Shown one piece after another: positions 48,815-58,885 of a DNA stretch of 64,000 nucleotides. A program made the position numbers and the translations under genes. Origin of the DNA: Bacteroidota bacterium (lineage in GTDB: Bacteria; Bacteroidota; Bacteroidia; M30B66); the NCBI GenBank assembly GCA_947460255.1, contig CANHIS010000004.1, positions 14,609 through 78,608 of the forward strand, written 5' to 3'. Numbering within the stretch: position 1 is the first letter of the stretch; every line of letters starts with the position of its first letter. The notes beneath the pieces are model-generated. The model saw nothing but the letters and a program-made list of their open reading frames with translations, ran no database searches and was not told the origin of the DNA.

Positions 48815-50932
48815 TCAGTTTTTAGGCTTCTTCTCTGGTGTTGGCGCCGGTGTTGGGGTTGGCACTGGTGTTGGAGTTGGCGCAGGAGGAGCGTTTTCGA
48901 TCTTGATGTTTTCGCGTTGTTGCTCTTGAACGTCTGTTTCGATTACTTCATCTTCATCAACCGTTTCAATTTTCGGAGCTACAAACTCTGGTGATCCTTC
49001 TTTAGGAACGAAGGCGAAGCTTGTAATTTTGAATTCTGTACGGCGATTACGCTGATGCTCTTCTTCGGTGCATGTAACTCCATCTTTACATTTATTCAAA
49101 AGTTTGGTTTCACCCATACCTTTTGCACCCAAACGGGCTGGATCAATTTTTTGTTCGATCAAGTAGTTCACCACAGATTGTGCACGGCGCTGAGAAAGCT
49201 CGATGTTTGACTTTGCAGAACCACGGCTATCGGTGTGTGACATCAATTCGATAGTGATTTGTGGATTGTCGCGAAGTGTGGTAATTAGTCCGTTCAAAGA
49301 GTCTTTCGATTCTGGACGTAATTCAGCAGAATTTAAACCATAAAGAATTTCTGGAAGACGAACAGGCTTGTCTTTTGGAACTGGTTTGATAAAGAAATCT
49401 TTTTTGTGATCAGAACCAGATGTTTCACCTTTAGTCGTTTCAGAACCTTTGTCGCCGAAGTAGTTTTCAGCAGTTACTGAAATCTGGTAAGTGTTGTCTT
49501 CCTTGAACTTGGTGTTATCGTAGTAGTAAGATCCCATTTTATCGGTCGTGGTTTCAAAGGTCATTCCTTCTTGGTCAACCATTACCACTTTAGCACCAAC
49601 AACTGGAGCTTTGCTTTCGAAATCGTAAACAATACCGCCAAGGGTAAACAACACTGGAGGAACTGTGAATTCGTAAATATCGGCTCCACCTTTTCCGCCT
49701 TCGCGGCAAGATGAGAAGTAGCCTCTTTCTTGTTTGCCACGGAAAACGATACCGAAATCATCGGCTGCAGAGTTGAGTGGGTGTTTCAAGTTTGAAACGC
49801 CAGTCCATTTTCCACCTTTGAGTTTTGCTTCGAACATGTCGAGACCACCCATACCAACAAGGCCGTTTGAGGCAAAGTAAAGCGTTGAGTCGTCGCGAAG
49901 TGTAGGATAAAGCTCATCGCCAGCTGTATTAATTTGAGGTCCCAAGTTTACCGGTGCACCCCATTTTTTCCCTTTTTTATCCAACTTGGCCATCCAAATA
50001 TCGCGGCCACCAAGACCACCGGTCATGTCGGATGCAAAGTACAAAGTCATTTCATCATCAGAAATCCAAGGGTGTCCAACTGTGAAAGTATCTTCAGCGA
50101 AAGGAACTAGAATTGGTTCATCCCAGTTGTTTCCTTTTTTCTTTGTGGTGTAGATTTGACAACCTTTGATTTTGTTCTTATCGTATTCGCAACGGGTGTA
50201 GAACATGGTTGTGTATTTCTCGTTGAGTGATGCAGAACCATCATTGAACTTAGAATTCAATGGCTCTTTGAAACCCATCGGAGTAGACCATTTACCGTTT
50301 TTATCGACTTTGGCTTCGTAAAGATCCGAGAATGCTTCACCTGTCCAACCATCTTGACCATTACCGATTGCACCTTCGCGGCTAGAAGTGAAAATCACTT
50401 CATTGAAATTCTTGCGGCTGAAGATTGGAGAAAAGTCATCGTATTTAGAGTTAAGCGGCTGCACATTGCTTACTTGGTGTTTGGTAGGAGCGCCTTTCCA
50501 GTTTACAGCCAACTTGCAAGATTCAACACCAACCGATCCACGAGCATCATCTGGCTTAAGCTTTACGTATTTCTCGTATTCAGCGAGTGCTTCATCATAC
50601 TTACCATTGGTACGCATCATTTCTGCCAAATACAAAGTAGCCTCAGGATTTTGGTATTTGGCTTTGATAGCCTTTGCGAACCAAACTTCTGCCTTTTTAG
50701 GGTCGTTGGTCATCATAAAGCAGAGTGCCTGCTTGTAGGTGAGTTCTGCCTTTAAGGCTTTACCTTTTACTCCTTCTAATGCCTTCTTGTAGGCATTGAG
50801 AGCTTCGTAATACTCTTTGTTATAAAATAACCGGTCGGCTGCGACAACCTTTTTATTCTGAGCAGACAATATTCCGGATGTTGTTATAAGAAGTAAACAA
50901 CCGATTAAAAAACGTTTTACGGTCTGAAGCAT
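48815..50932 (-). CDS. OmpA-family protein with TPR, PD40 propeller and carboxypeptidase-regulatory-like domains (PorE-like)
   Basis: TPR N-terminus; LYFASD...GG.DIW PD40 repeats; SHTDSRG...LSQRRA...NRRTEF OmpA_C; PT-rich tail. Confidence 0.85.
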   Translation of the reverse strand: MLQTVKRFLIGCLLLITTSGILSAQNKKVVAADRLFYNKEYYEALNAYKKALEGVKGKALKAELTYKQALCFMMTNDPKKAEVWFAKAIKAKYQNPEATLYLAEMMRTNGKYDEALAEYEKYVKLKPDDARGSVGVESCKLAVNWKGAPTKHQVSNVQPLNSKYDDFSPIFSRKNFNEVIFTSSREGAIGNGQDGWTGEAFSDLYEAKVDKNGKWSTPMGFKEPLNSKFNDGSASLNEKYTTMFYTRCEYDKNKIKGCQIYTTKKKGNNWDEPILVPFAEDTFTVGHPWISDDEMTLYFASDMTGGLGGRDIWMAKLDKKGKKWGAPVNLGPQINTAGDELYPTLRDDSTLYFASNGLVGMGGLDMFEAKLKGGKWTGVSNLKHPLNSAADDFGIVFRGKQERGYFSSCREGGKGGADIYEFTVPPVLFTLGGIVYDFESKAPVVGAKVVMVDQEGMTFETTTDKMGSYYYDNTKFKEDNTYQISVTAENYFGDKGSETTKGETSGSDHKKDFFIKPVPKDKPVRLPEILYGLNSAELRPESKDSLNGLITTLRDNPQITIELMSHTDSRGSAKSNIELSQRRAQSVVNYLIEQKIDPARLGAKGMGETKLLNKCKDGVTCTEEEHQRNRRTEFKITSFAFVPKEGSPEFVAPKIETVDEDEVIETDVQEQQRENIKIENAPPAPTPTPVPTPTPAPTPEKKPKN

Positions 50933-51030
50933 GTGTGTATAGTTAGTTTCAAATACGGTGGGCTAAATTAAAAAAAACTATTTGCTACGAAAAGGTTAAT
51001 TTGTTTTGTTTAGAGAAAGTTTAAAATAGC

Positions 51031-51067
51031 AAAACAGCAGGCCGAAAACGATTCAACCTGCTGTTTT
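51031..51067 (-). terminator. Terminator downstream of glnA
   Basis: aaaacagcagg ... cctgctgtttt. Confidence 0.75.
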
Positions 51068-51110
51068 ACAGTAATTTGCAATACGATGTTGTTACATGTA
51101 TTGGTTAAAT

Positions 51111-53306
51111 TTAGTTGATAAAGAGCATTTCACGGTACTTTGGAAGGCTCCACATTTCGTCATCTACGAGCAATTCAAGTTTGTCTGCATGGTAACGTAT
51201 CGTTTCAAAAAATGGCTGCACTTTGTAGCAATAAGCAACGGCAAGTTTCTTGGCATCCGAAATCTTGTTGGCCGTTTTCCTGGCTTCGATCATTTCATCG
51301 ATCGAATTCTTGATAATCGTAACGTGCTCAGATATTTCCTGAATAATTTCCAATTGAGCTCCAGCAGCTTTATTGAAAGCTTTAGAATCAAAAATCGCTT
51401 TTAAACCTTGTACATTGTTAATGAGCTGATTCTGGTATTTCAACGCTGTTGGAATGATGTGATTCGCAGCGATGTCGCCAATTACACGCGATTCAATTTG
51501 GATCTTCTTGGTATAGGTTTCCAACTGAATTTCGTGGCGAGCTTCTACTTCACGGTGACTCATCACATTGTTTTTCTCGAAAAGATCCAAGGTTTGTTTC
51601 GACACAAATGCATCGAGTGCCTCAGGTGTTTTTGCGAAATTGCTCAATCCGCGTTTTGCGGCTTCTTTCACCCACTCATCACCATATCCATTGCCTTCGA
51701 ATCGGATATTTTTAGACTCTGAAATGTAACGGCGAAGTACTTGGAAGATCGCTTCTTCTTTGTCGAGTTTTTTCTTTGAAATTAAGCCATCAACCTCAAT
51801 CTTGAACTCCTTCAACTGCTGAGCCACCATAGTATTTACAACGATCATAGCTGATGAACAATTTGCCGAAGAACCAACTGCACGGAACTCAAATTTATTC
51901 CCAGTAAATGCAAAAGGAGACGTACGGTTACGGTCGGTATTGTCGAGAAGAATTTGTGGAATCTTACCAATACCTAGCTTCAGCTCTGTTTTCTCGTCAG
52001 GCGTCATTTTACCTGTGGTTTTCACTTTTTTCTCGAGTTCATCCAATACGTTAGTTAATTGTGTCCCAATAAACGCTGAGATAATTGCTGGAGGTGCTTC
52101 GTTAGCGCCCAAACGGTGATCGTTGCCCGCAGATGCAATCGCTGCACGCATCAAATCAGCATGCGTATGAAGTGCTTTAAGCGTGTTGATAAAGAAGGTA
52201 AGGAACTGAAGATTCGTTTTAGGTGTTTTGCCAGGACTCAACAAGTTCTTCCCAGTGTTTGTCGCCAACGACCAGTTGTTGTGCTTTCCTGATCCATTGA
52301 TGCCCGCAAATGGCTTCTCGTGCAACAATACACGAAAACGGTGACGGCGAGCCACTTTGTGCATGATGTCCATCAACAATTGGTTGTGATCAACAGCCAA
52401 GTTAGCTTCTTCGAAAATTGGCGCACACTCGAATTGGTTTGGAGCCACTTCATTGTGACGGGTACGAATTGGAATGCCCAAACGAAGACTTTCAGATTCG
52501 AAATCGCGCATGTAAGCAGTTACACGATCAGGAATAGAACCGAAATAATGGTCTTCTAACTGTTGTCCCTTAGCAGGGGAATGTCCGAGCAAGGTGCGAC
52601 CTGTAAGTGACAAGTCAGGACGAGCATGGTAGAGCGCCTCATCGATCAAGAAGTATTCTTGTTCCCATCCAAGCGTAGCGGTAACCTTGGTAACATTCTT
52701 GTCGAAGTACTGACACACATCAACTGCAGCATGATCAAGTGCGTGCAATGCCTTTAGAAGTGGAGTTTTAAAGTCGAGTGCTTCGCCAGTGTATGAAACG
52801 AAAATTGTAGGAATGCAAAGCGTATTGCTAATAATGAATGCTGGAGAAGATGGATCCCAAGCGGTGTAACCACGTGCTTCGAAGGTGTTTCTGATCCCTC
52901 CGTTTGGAAACGAAGATGCATCAGGTTCTTGTTGGATAAGATTTGATCCACTGAAAACTTCGATCGCACGACCATCTGGAAGTGGCTCGAAGAATGAATC
53001 GTGTTTCTCGGCAGTTGCACCATTGAGTGGCTGGAACCAGTGTGTGAAGTGGGTAACACCTTGGTTCATTGCCCAAGCCTTCATCGAAGAAGAAACCTGA
53101 TCAGCAATGTCGCGCTCGATACGTGATCCATGCTCAATGGCATCTTTCACTTTTTCATAAGCCTCCTTGCTGAGGTATTCGCGCATGGCTGTTTCGCCAA
53201 ACACACCTTTACCGAAATAATCTGAGATTTTTTCCGGTTGAGCAGCATTCATAATTGGTTCGCGGTTGATGAGCGACTCCAATGCTTTAAATCGAATAGT
53301 CGACAT
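51111..53306 (-). CDS. glnA: Glutamine synthetase type III
   Basis: THWFQPL, EPDASSFPNGG, HEKPFAGINGSGKHNNWS and RNRTSPFAFTGNKFEFRAVGS motifs. Confidence 0.95.
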   Translation of the reverse strand: MSTIRFKALESLINREPIMNAAQPEKISDYFGKGVFGETAMREYLSKEAYEKVKDAIEHGSRIERDIADQVSSSMKAWAMNQGVTHFTHWFQPLNGATAEKHDSFFEPLPDGRAIEVFSGSNLIQQEPDASSFPNGGIRNTFEARGYTAWDPSSPAFIISNTLCIPTIFVSYTGEALDFKTPLLKALHALDHAAVDVCQYFDKNVTKVTATLGWEQEYFLIDEALYHARPDLSLTGRTLLGHSPAKGQQLEDHYFGSIPDRVTAYMRDFESESLRLGIPIRTRHNEVAPNQFECAPIFEEANLAVDHNQLLMDIMHKVARRHRFRVLLHEKPFAGINGSGKHNNWSLATNTGKNLLSPGKTPKTNLQFLTFFINTLKALHTHADLMRAAIASAGNDHRLGANEAPPAIISAFIGTQLTNVLDELEKKVKTTGKMTPDEKTELKLGIGKIPQILLDNTDRNRTSPFAFTGNKFEFRAVGSSANCSSAMIVVNTMVAQQLKEFKIEVDGLISKKKLDKEEAIFQVLRRYISESKNIRFEGNGYGDEWVKEAAKRGLSNFAKTPEALDAFVSKQTLDLFEKNNVMSHREVEARHEIQLETYTKKIQIESRVIGDIAANHIIPTALKYQNQLINNVQGLKAIFDSKAFNKAAGAQLEIIQEISEHVTIIKNSIDEMIEARKTANKISDAKKLAVAYCYKVQPFFETIRYHADKLELLVDDEMWSLPKYREMLFIN

Positions 53307-53350
53307 GGATCTGATATTTTTCAGTTTTTCGGCTGCAAAGGTAAATTTTC

Positions 53351-53398
53351 GAGGGGGTGATCTCCAAATTTTTATGCTTTTTCTTTCAACACCCCCTC
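53351..53398. promoter_or_regulatory. Inverted repeat upstream of the glnA promoter, putative regulator site
   Basis: gagggggtg-N30-caccccctc, next to the minus-strand TACCTTTG box at 53336-53343. Confidence 0.45.
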
Positions 53399-53574
53399 AA
53401 TTTTTGCCAACATCTGAAATATTTTCAGTTTTTCTTAATTTGAAAGCACCAAAAATCATATTTCCGAGGATCGAATTATCAAATCCGCAAGAGATTTTCA
53501 AATTTCCGTCATGGATGCAAATAAAAATGCCCCATCCATTTCGAATGAGGCATTAAAAACTTGTAATACTCTGC

Positions 53575-54018
53575 TTATTGTAAATGAAAAACGATTGGTA
53601 GCGTATAATTTACGTTCACATATACTCCACCTTGAGAGCCTGGTTTCCATTTGCCATTCGTGAGCTTGATTACGCGAATGGCTTCTCTGTTCAACTCTTC
53701 TCCTCCCGGCACTCCGCGTATTACTCTAATATCTTCTAATGCACCAGTGCTTGAAACTATGAAGCCTAAATACACTTTTCCCTGAATTTCATTGTCGATC
53801 GCATTTTGGGGATATACCATTGTTTTTGAAATAAAATTCATCAATGCAGCTTGTCCACCTTCGTATTCAGGCATCACTTCAGCAATTGTTTGAACAGTCT
53901 TGGGCTTGTCTACAGGCTCTATCACAGGAGGAGGAAGCTCCATCAAGTCAGGATCCACTTGTGCTGACAAGGAAAATGAAGAGGCAAAGAAAAAAAGCAG
54001 TACTTGGAATATTTTCAT
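53575..54018 (-). CDS. TonB C-terminal domain protein
   Basis: Signal peptide, PPP linker, MPEYEGG...YP..A....IQGKV...W.PG.Q.G..V.V...LPI.F. Confidence 0.88.
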   Translation of the reverse strand: MKIFQVLLFFFASSFSLSAQVDPDLMELPPPVIEPVDKPKTVQTIAEVMPEYEGGQAALMNFISKTMVYPQNAIDNEIQGKVYLGFIVSSTGALEDIRVIRGVPGGEELNREAIRVIKLTNGKWKPGSQGGVYVNVNYTLPIVFHLQ

Positions 54019-54026
54019 GGTTGAGA

Positions 54027-54470
54027 TTATCGAAGGAGAAATTTAATAGGCAAACTCAAATTAACACTCACAGGCTTACCATTTTGTCTTCCTGGCTTCC
54101 ACTTTCCTTTTGTGAGTTTCAGTACACGAATGGCTTCTGCATTTAAATCAGATCCTCCAGGTACACTTTTCAAGACTTTTATGTCGGAAAGACTTCCATC
54201 CGAACGAACCACATAAGAAAGATAAATAGTGCCTTGGATTTGATTTTCCGAAGCATTTGGCGGATAAACCATGTTTTTCGAGATAAAACTTAGTAAGGCT
54301 TCATTTCCTCCTTCAAATTCAGGCATTTGCTCAACAACGGTAAATACAGGTTCTGGCTCTGGCATTTTTTGCTCCACAGGAGGAATTGGAGGCGATTGAT
54401 CAAGTTCCTCCTGTGCTGACAATGAAAGTGAAGCGGCAATGCAAAAAGGAAATAGAAGAAGTTTTTTCAT
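54027..54470 (-). CDS. TonB C-terminal domain protein
   Basis: VEQMPEFEGG...YP...WKPGRQNGKPVSV. Confidence 0.88.
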   Translation of the reverse strand: MKKLLLFPFCIAASLSLSAQEELDQSPPIPPVEQKMPEPEPVFTVVEQMPEFEGGNEALLSFISKNMVYPPNASENQIQGTIYLSYVVRSDGSLSDIKVLKSVPGGSDLNAEAIRVLKLTKGKWKPGRQNGKPVSVNLSLPIKFLLR

Positions 54471-54494
54471 CGTTGAAGAAAAGAGATAAAATAA

Positions 54495-54950
54495 TTATTG
54501 AAGCTTAAATCTTATCGGAATATTCATCCGAACATTAACAGGTTTTCCATTTTGCATGCCCGGCTTCCATTTGCCATTAGTCAATTTGACCACGCGCAAA
54601 GCCTCTTTGTCGAGGTCAGGAGCTCCGATTACTCCGCGAAGTAATTTGATATTGTTAATTGTACCGTCTTTTAATACCAAATACTGAACATATACTGTTC
54701 CTTCGATATTTGCTTCAGCAGCAGTTTCTGGATAACGGATGTTCTTTGCAATAAAACTTCTCAAACCTACCTCTCCACCTTCAAATTCGGGCATCTGTTC
54801 CGGATCAATCAAAATTACATCCTCAACGGTTTCAATTGGAGGAGGAGGCAAAAGAGGATCAATCATTCGCTGTGTATAACTGCTAATCGAGATAAGTTGC
54901 ATACAAGCAAAGGACAAGAGGTATTTCATGCGAATCATTTTGAATATCAA
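54495..54950 (-). CDS. TonB C-terminal domain protein
   Basis: EQMPEFEGG...IRYP...WKPGMQNGKPVNV; likely start is the ATG at 54929. Confidence 0.88.
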   Translation of the reverse strand: MIFKMIRMKYLLSFACMQLISISSYTQRMIDPLLPPPPIETVEDVILIDPEQMPEFEGGEVGLRSFIAKNIRYPETAAEANIEGTVYVQYLVLKDGTINNIKLLRGVIGAPDLDKEALRVVKLTNGKWKPGMQNGKPVNVRMNIPIRFKLQ

Positions 54951-54955
54951 CTCAT

Positions 54956-55516
54956 TTAGTCTTTCAATACGAACCTTACGGGCAGAGTATAGTACACATC
55001 AACCTTTTTACCGTTTTGCTCACCAGGAGTCCAGTCGCCTGCGGTAAGTTTTACTACATCCAAAGCAGCTATTTTCATCGATGGGTGCATTGATCTAAGC
55101 ACTTCAAAATTGGTGAGTTGCCCATCGGCTCTCACGACAAATTTTACATATGTATTTCCCTGAACATTTGCTTCGATCGCTTCTTTGGGATAAACCAAGT
55201 GGTCCTGTATGAACTTCTTCAATGCTTCTGTACCGCCTTTGAATTCGGGCATCTTTTCTACAATGGTGAACACAGGATCCGAAGGCGCTTCCTCTACGGC
55301 CTCCATGGCCTCCACTGGCGCCGCAATACTTGGATGGTCAGGCGTGCCTTCTGGTGAATTCTCCACTTCAATTACTTGGAACTGAAGAGGCTTTTCGGTT
55401 GATGATTTGGTTGCAGACTTATCCGTTTTATTCACTTGCGAAATCGATTGATTTGCAGATAAGAGAAGAAGAGTAATGAGCATTAGACCTAAATTCATAT
55501 GCATATTTTTCCACAA
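54956..55516 (-). CDS. TonB C-terminal domain protein
   Basis: VEKMPEFKGG...YP...WTPGEQNGKKV.V.YTLPVRF. Confidence 0.88.
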   Translation of the reverse strand: MWKNMHMNLGLMLITLLLLSANQSISQVNKTDKSATKSSTEKPLQFQVIEVENSPEGTPDHPSIAAPVEAMEAVEEAPSDPVFTIVEKMPEFKGGTEALKKFIQDHLVYPKEAIEANVQGNTYVKFVVRADGQLTNFEVLRSMHPSMKIAALDVVKLTAGDWTPGEQNGKKVDVYYTLPVRFVLKD

Positions 55517-55647
55517 AGAAACATGAATCGAGAATACATTGATTTCTTATATCTAAGAAAAAGAACAATTCCAAATCAACTGCATATTATTTCGATTACT
55601 TGGGCAACACTTTTCTCTATCTTTGCACTCCATTTTTAACAAATTTT

Positions 55648-57597
55648 ATGATTAACATCACTTTGCCAGATGGTTCAGTTCGCCAGTACGAAAGCGGCGT
55701 TACTGCTATCGATATCGCCAAGAGTATCAGCGAAGGTCTGGCCCGCAATGTTTTGTCGGCCGAAGTTAACGGAGAAGTGATCGACGCAACCCGCTCGATT
55801 ACTTCAGATGCCACGCTGAAACTACTCACATGGAACGACGAACAGGGCAAAAAAACGATGTGGCACAGTTCGGCCCACTTGATGGCTGAAGCTTTAGAAG
55901 AACTTTATCCAGGAATCAAATTCGGGATTGGTCCTGCCATCGAAAACGGTTTCTACTATGATGTTGACCTCAACGGTGGAAGTATTTCTTCTGAAGATTT
56001 CCCAACTATCGAGGCAAAAATGAAGGAGCTTGCGAAAAGAAAAAGTGCATTTGTTCGCACCGAAGTTTCGAAAGCAGATGCCATCGCATATTTCACCGAA
56101 AAGGGAGATGAATACAAGTTGGATTTGTTGAAGGATCTTCAAGATGGAACCATCACATTCTATCAGCAAGGAAATTTCACAGACCTCTGTCGTGGACCAC
56201 ATATTCCAGACACTGAGCGCATCAAAGCCATAAAGCTTATGAATGTTGCAGGTGCTTATTGGAAAGGCGACGAAAAAAACAAGCAGCTCACCCGCATCTA
56301 CGGAATCACTTTTACGAAGCCAACCGAATTGGATGAATATCTTCATCTCCTCGAAGAGGCTAAAAAGCGCGATCACCGTAAACTTGGGAAAGAGTTGGAG
56401 TTGTTCATCTTCTCAGAGAAAGTTGGACAAGGTTTACCACTATGGCTACCAAAAGGTACTGCTTTGCGTGAGCGCTTGGTTGATTATCTAAAGCGTGCAC
56501 AAGCAGCAACTGGCTATGTTCAGGTAATTACGCCACACATCGCGCACAAAGATTTATATGTAACCTCTGGTCACTACGATAAATATGGTGCAGATTCATT
56601 TCAGCCAATTCGTACGCCTCAAGAAGGTGAGGAATTCTTTTTGAAGCCAATGAATTGCCCGCACCACTGCGAAATTTATAAGGCAAAACCGCACTCTTAC
56701 AAAGATCTGCCAGTTCGTTTGGCTGAATTTGGTACAGTATATAGATATGAGCAAAGTGGCGAATTGCATGGTTTGACCCGTGTACGAGGCTTTACGCAAG
56801 ATGACGCGCATATTTTCTGTCGTCAAGACCAAGTGAAGGAAGAGTTTGTGAAAGTGATTGATTTGGTGTTGATGATTTTCAAGGCCTTGGATTTCAAGGA
56901 TTACACTGCACAGATTTCACTTCGCGATCCTGAAAACAAAGCAAAATACATTGGAAGCGATGAGAATTGGGACAAAGCTGAACGTTCGATCATTGAGGCC
57001 GCAGAAGAGCGTGGCTTGAATACCGTAGTTGAACTTGGTGAAGCTGCTTTTTACGGCCCGAAACTCGACTTTATGGTGAAAGATGCTATTGGCAGAAAAT
57101 GGCAACTCGGAACTATCCAAGTAGATTACAATTTACCTGAGCGTTTTGAACTTGAGTACACCGGTGCCGACAATGCAAAACACCGTCCTGTGATGATCCA
57201 CCGAGCACCATTTGGCTCTTTGGAACGCTTTGTGGCTGTATTGATTGAGCATTGTGCCGGTATTTTCCCGTTGTGGCTTGCCCCTGAACAGGCAGTAATA
57301 TTGCCGATTTCAGACAAGTTCAACGACTATGCAAAAAAAGTTTCGAATCTTCTCAAAAATTCCGATATTCGCGCCGCCGTTGACGAAAGGGCTGAAAGGG
57401 CCGGTAAAAAAATTCGTGATGCGGAACTCAGTAGAGTGCCGTATATGCTAGTGGTAGGAGAGAAAGAGGAACAGGCTGGTACTGTTGCTGTCCGTAAACA
57501 CGGAGAAGGAGATCTCGGAACCATGAGTATTGAAGAATTTGCCGACAAGATCAATTCTGAAGTCAATAGTTTGATAAACATTAGTGAACTAAACTGA
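55648..57597 (+). CDS. thrS: Threonine--tRNA ligase
   Basis: TGS domain; [15 protein letters not shown] and AFYGPKLD motifs; TATCTTTG box at 55618-55625. Confidence 0.97.
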   Translation: MINITLPDGSVRQYESGVTAIDIAKSISEGLARNVLSAEVNGEVIDATRSITSDATLKLLTWNDEQGKKTMWHSSAHLMAEALEELYPGIKFGIGPAIENGFYYDVDLNGGSISSEDFPTIEAKMKELAKRKSAFVRTEVSKADAIAYFTEKGDEYKLDLLKDLQDGTITFYQQGNFTDLCRGPHIPDTERIKAIKLMNVAGAYWKGDEKNKQLTRIYGITFTKPTELDEYLHLLEEAKKRDHRKLGKELELFIFSEKVGQGLPLWLPKGTALRERLVDYLKRAQAATGYVQVITPHIAHKDLYVTSGHYDKYGADSFQPIRTPQEGEEFFLKPMNCPHHCEIYKAKPHSYKDLPVRLAEFGTVYRYEQSGELHGLTRVRGFTQDDAHIFCRQDQVKEEFVKVIDLVLMIFKALDFKDYTAQISLRDPENKAKYIGSDENWDKAERSIIEAAEERGLNTVVELGEAAFYGPKLDFMVKDAIGRKWQLGTIQVDYNLPERFELEYTGADNAKHRPVMIHRAPFGSLERFVAVLIEHCAGIFPLWLAPEQAVILPISDKFNDYAKKVSNLLKNSDIRAAVDERAERAGKKIRDAELSRVPYMLVVGEKEEQAGTVAVRKHGEGDLGTMSIEEFADKINSEVNSLINISELN

Positions 57598-57613
57598 AAG
57601 GAGGAACCAAGCC

Positions 57614-58180
57614 ATAGCTTTACCACCACGCCAACCCAGGCCGTACAACCGAGGCCCTCAGAAAAAAGAGGATTTACATCGGATTAACGAGAAAATCATC
57701 GGCTTAAGCCAAGTGAGACTCGTTGGGGATGAACTTGAACCAGGAATTTTTTCATTTGACGAGGCATTGAAAATTGCCCGTGATCTTGAATTAGATTTGG
57801 TTGAGATTGTACCTAACGCTGAACCGCCGGTTTGCCGCGTCATCGATTACAAGAAGTTTCTTTACGAGCACAAGAAGAAACAGAAAGAGATGAAAGCGAA
57901 AGCCACCAAAATTGTGGTAAAAGAAGTGCGTTTTGGTCCCAATACAGATGAGCATGACTTCAATTTTAAACTTAACCATGCGAAGAAATTTTTGCAGGAA
58001 GGTTCGAAAGTGAAGGCATTCGTATTCTTTAAAGGTCGTTCGATTCTTTTCAAAGACAAGGGTGAGATCTTGTTGTTGAAATTTGCGGCAGAGCTTGAAG
58101 AATATGGAAAGCCCGAAAATCTTCCAGAATTGGAAGGAAAACGGATGATCATGTTCCTTTCGCCGAAGAAAAAGAAATAA
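57614..58180 (+). CDS. infC: Translation initiation factor IF-3 with non-canonical ATA start
   Basis: In-frame extension IALPPRQ...HRINEKI upstream of the track ORF; AAGGAGGA ends 8 nt before the ATA at 57614. Confidence 0.92.
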   Translation: MALPPRQPRPYNRGPQKKEDLHRINEKIIGLSQVRLVGDELEPGIFSFDEALKIARDLELDLVEIVPNAEPPVCRVIDYKKFLYEHKKKQKEMKAKATKIVVKEVRFGPNTDEHDFNFKLNHAKKFLQEGSKVKAFVFFKGRSILFKDKGEILLLKFAAELEEYGKPENLPELEGKRMIMFLSPKKKK

Positions 58181-58205
58181 TCAACCCAAATAAATAACAG
58201 GTACA

Positions 58206-58406
58206 ATGCCCAAGATGAAAACCAATTCCAGTGCAAAGAAGCGTTTCAGGCTTACTGCAACTGGGAAAATCAAACGGAAGCATGCCTACAAGCGTCACAT
58301 TTTGACAAAGAAATCAAACGACCAGAAGCGCCGTCTCGGCAAAACTGGCTTGGTTTCTAAAGCAGATGAGGGTCTTGTAAAGAGAATGCTCGTAATCGGA
58401 AAGTAA
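58206..58406 (+). CDS. rpmI: 50S ribosomal protein L35
   Basis: [14 protein letters not shown]...HILTKK. Confidence 0.97.
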   Translation: MPKMKTNSSAKKRFRLTATGKIKRKHAYKRHILTKKSNDQKRRLGKTGLVSKADEGLVKRMLVIGK

Positions 58407-58480
58407 AATCATTGTTTAACCAGGAGGCCAGTTCCAAGATCTTTTAACGAAGACACTGTTCACCAAAAAACCAAAAACTC

Positions 58481-58825
58481 ATGCCACGTTCAGTCAACCA
58501 CGTTGCCTCACGCGCAAGGAGAAAAAAAATCCTCAATCAGACCAAGGGCTACTGGGGTGCCCGCAAGAACGTTTTCACAATTGCGAAAAACATTCTTGAG
58601 AAAGGTCTTACCTATGCATACCGCGATCGACGCACCAAAAAGCGTAACTTCCGCGCACTCTGGATTCAACGTATCAATGCTGGTGCTCGTGAGCACGGCT
58701 TGTCGTACAGCCAGTTGATGGGTAAAATCCATGCGAAAAACATTCAGATCAACCGTAAAGTTCTAGCCGATTTGGCCATGAACAATCCAACTGCCTTCAA
58801 GGCAATCATTGATGCGGTAAAATAA
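58481..58825 (+). CDS. rplT: 50S ribosomal protein L20
   Basis: YAYRDRR.KKR.FR.LWI.RINA and NRKVLADLA motifs. Confidence 0.97.
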   Translation: MPRSVNHVASRARRKKILNQTKGYWGARKNVFTIAKNILEKGLTYAYRDRRTKKRNFRALWIQRINAGAREHGLSYSQLMGKIHAKNIQINRKVLADLAMNNPTAFKAIIDAVK

Positions 58826-58844
58826 ATCTGATCAAATTCTTTTT

Positions 58845-58873
58845 AAAAGCACTCTGTTTCAGGGTGCTTTTTT
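58845..58873 (+). terminator. Terminator of the thrS-infC-rpmI-rplT operon
   Basis: aaaagcactctg-ttt-cagggtgctttttt. Confidence 0.85.
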
Positions 58874-58885
58874 TATTTTCCCCCA

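Noticed and set aside
48830-48895. GC-rich short repeats
   Set aside because: They encode the Pro/Thr tail of the OmpA-family protein, an ordinary low-complexity linker.
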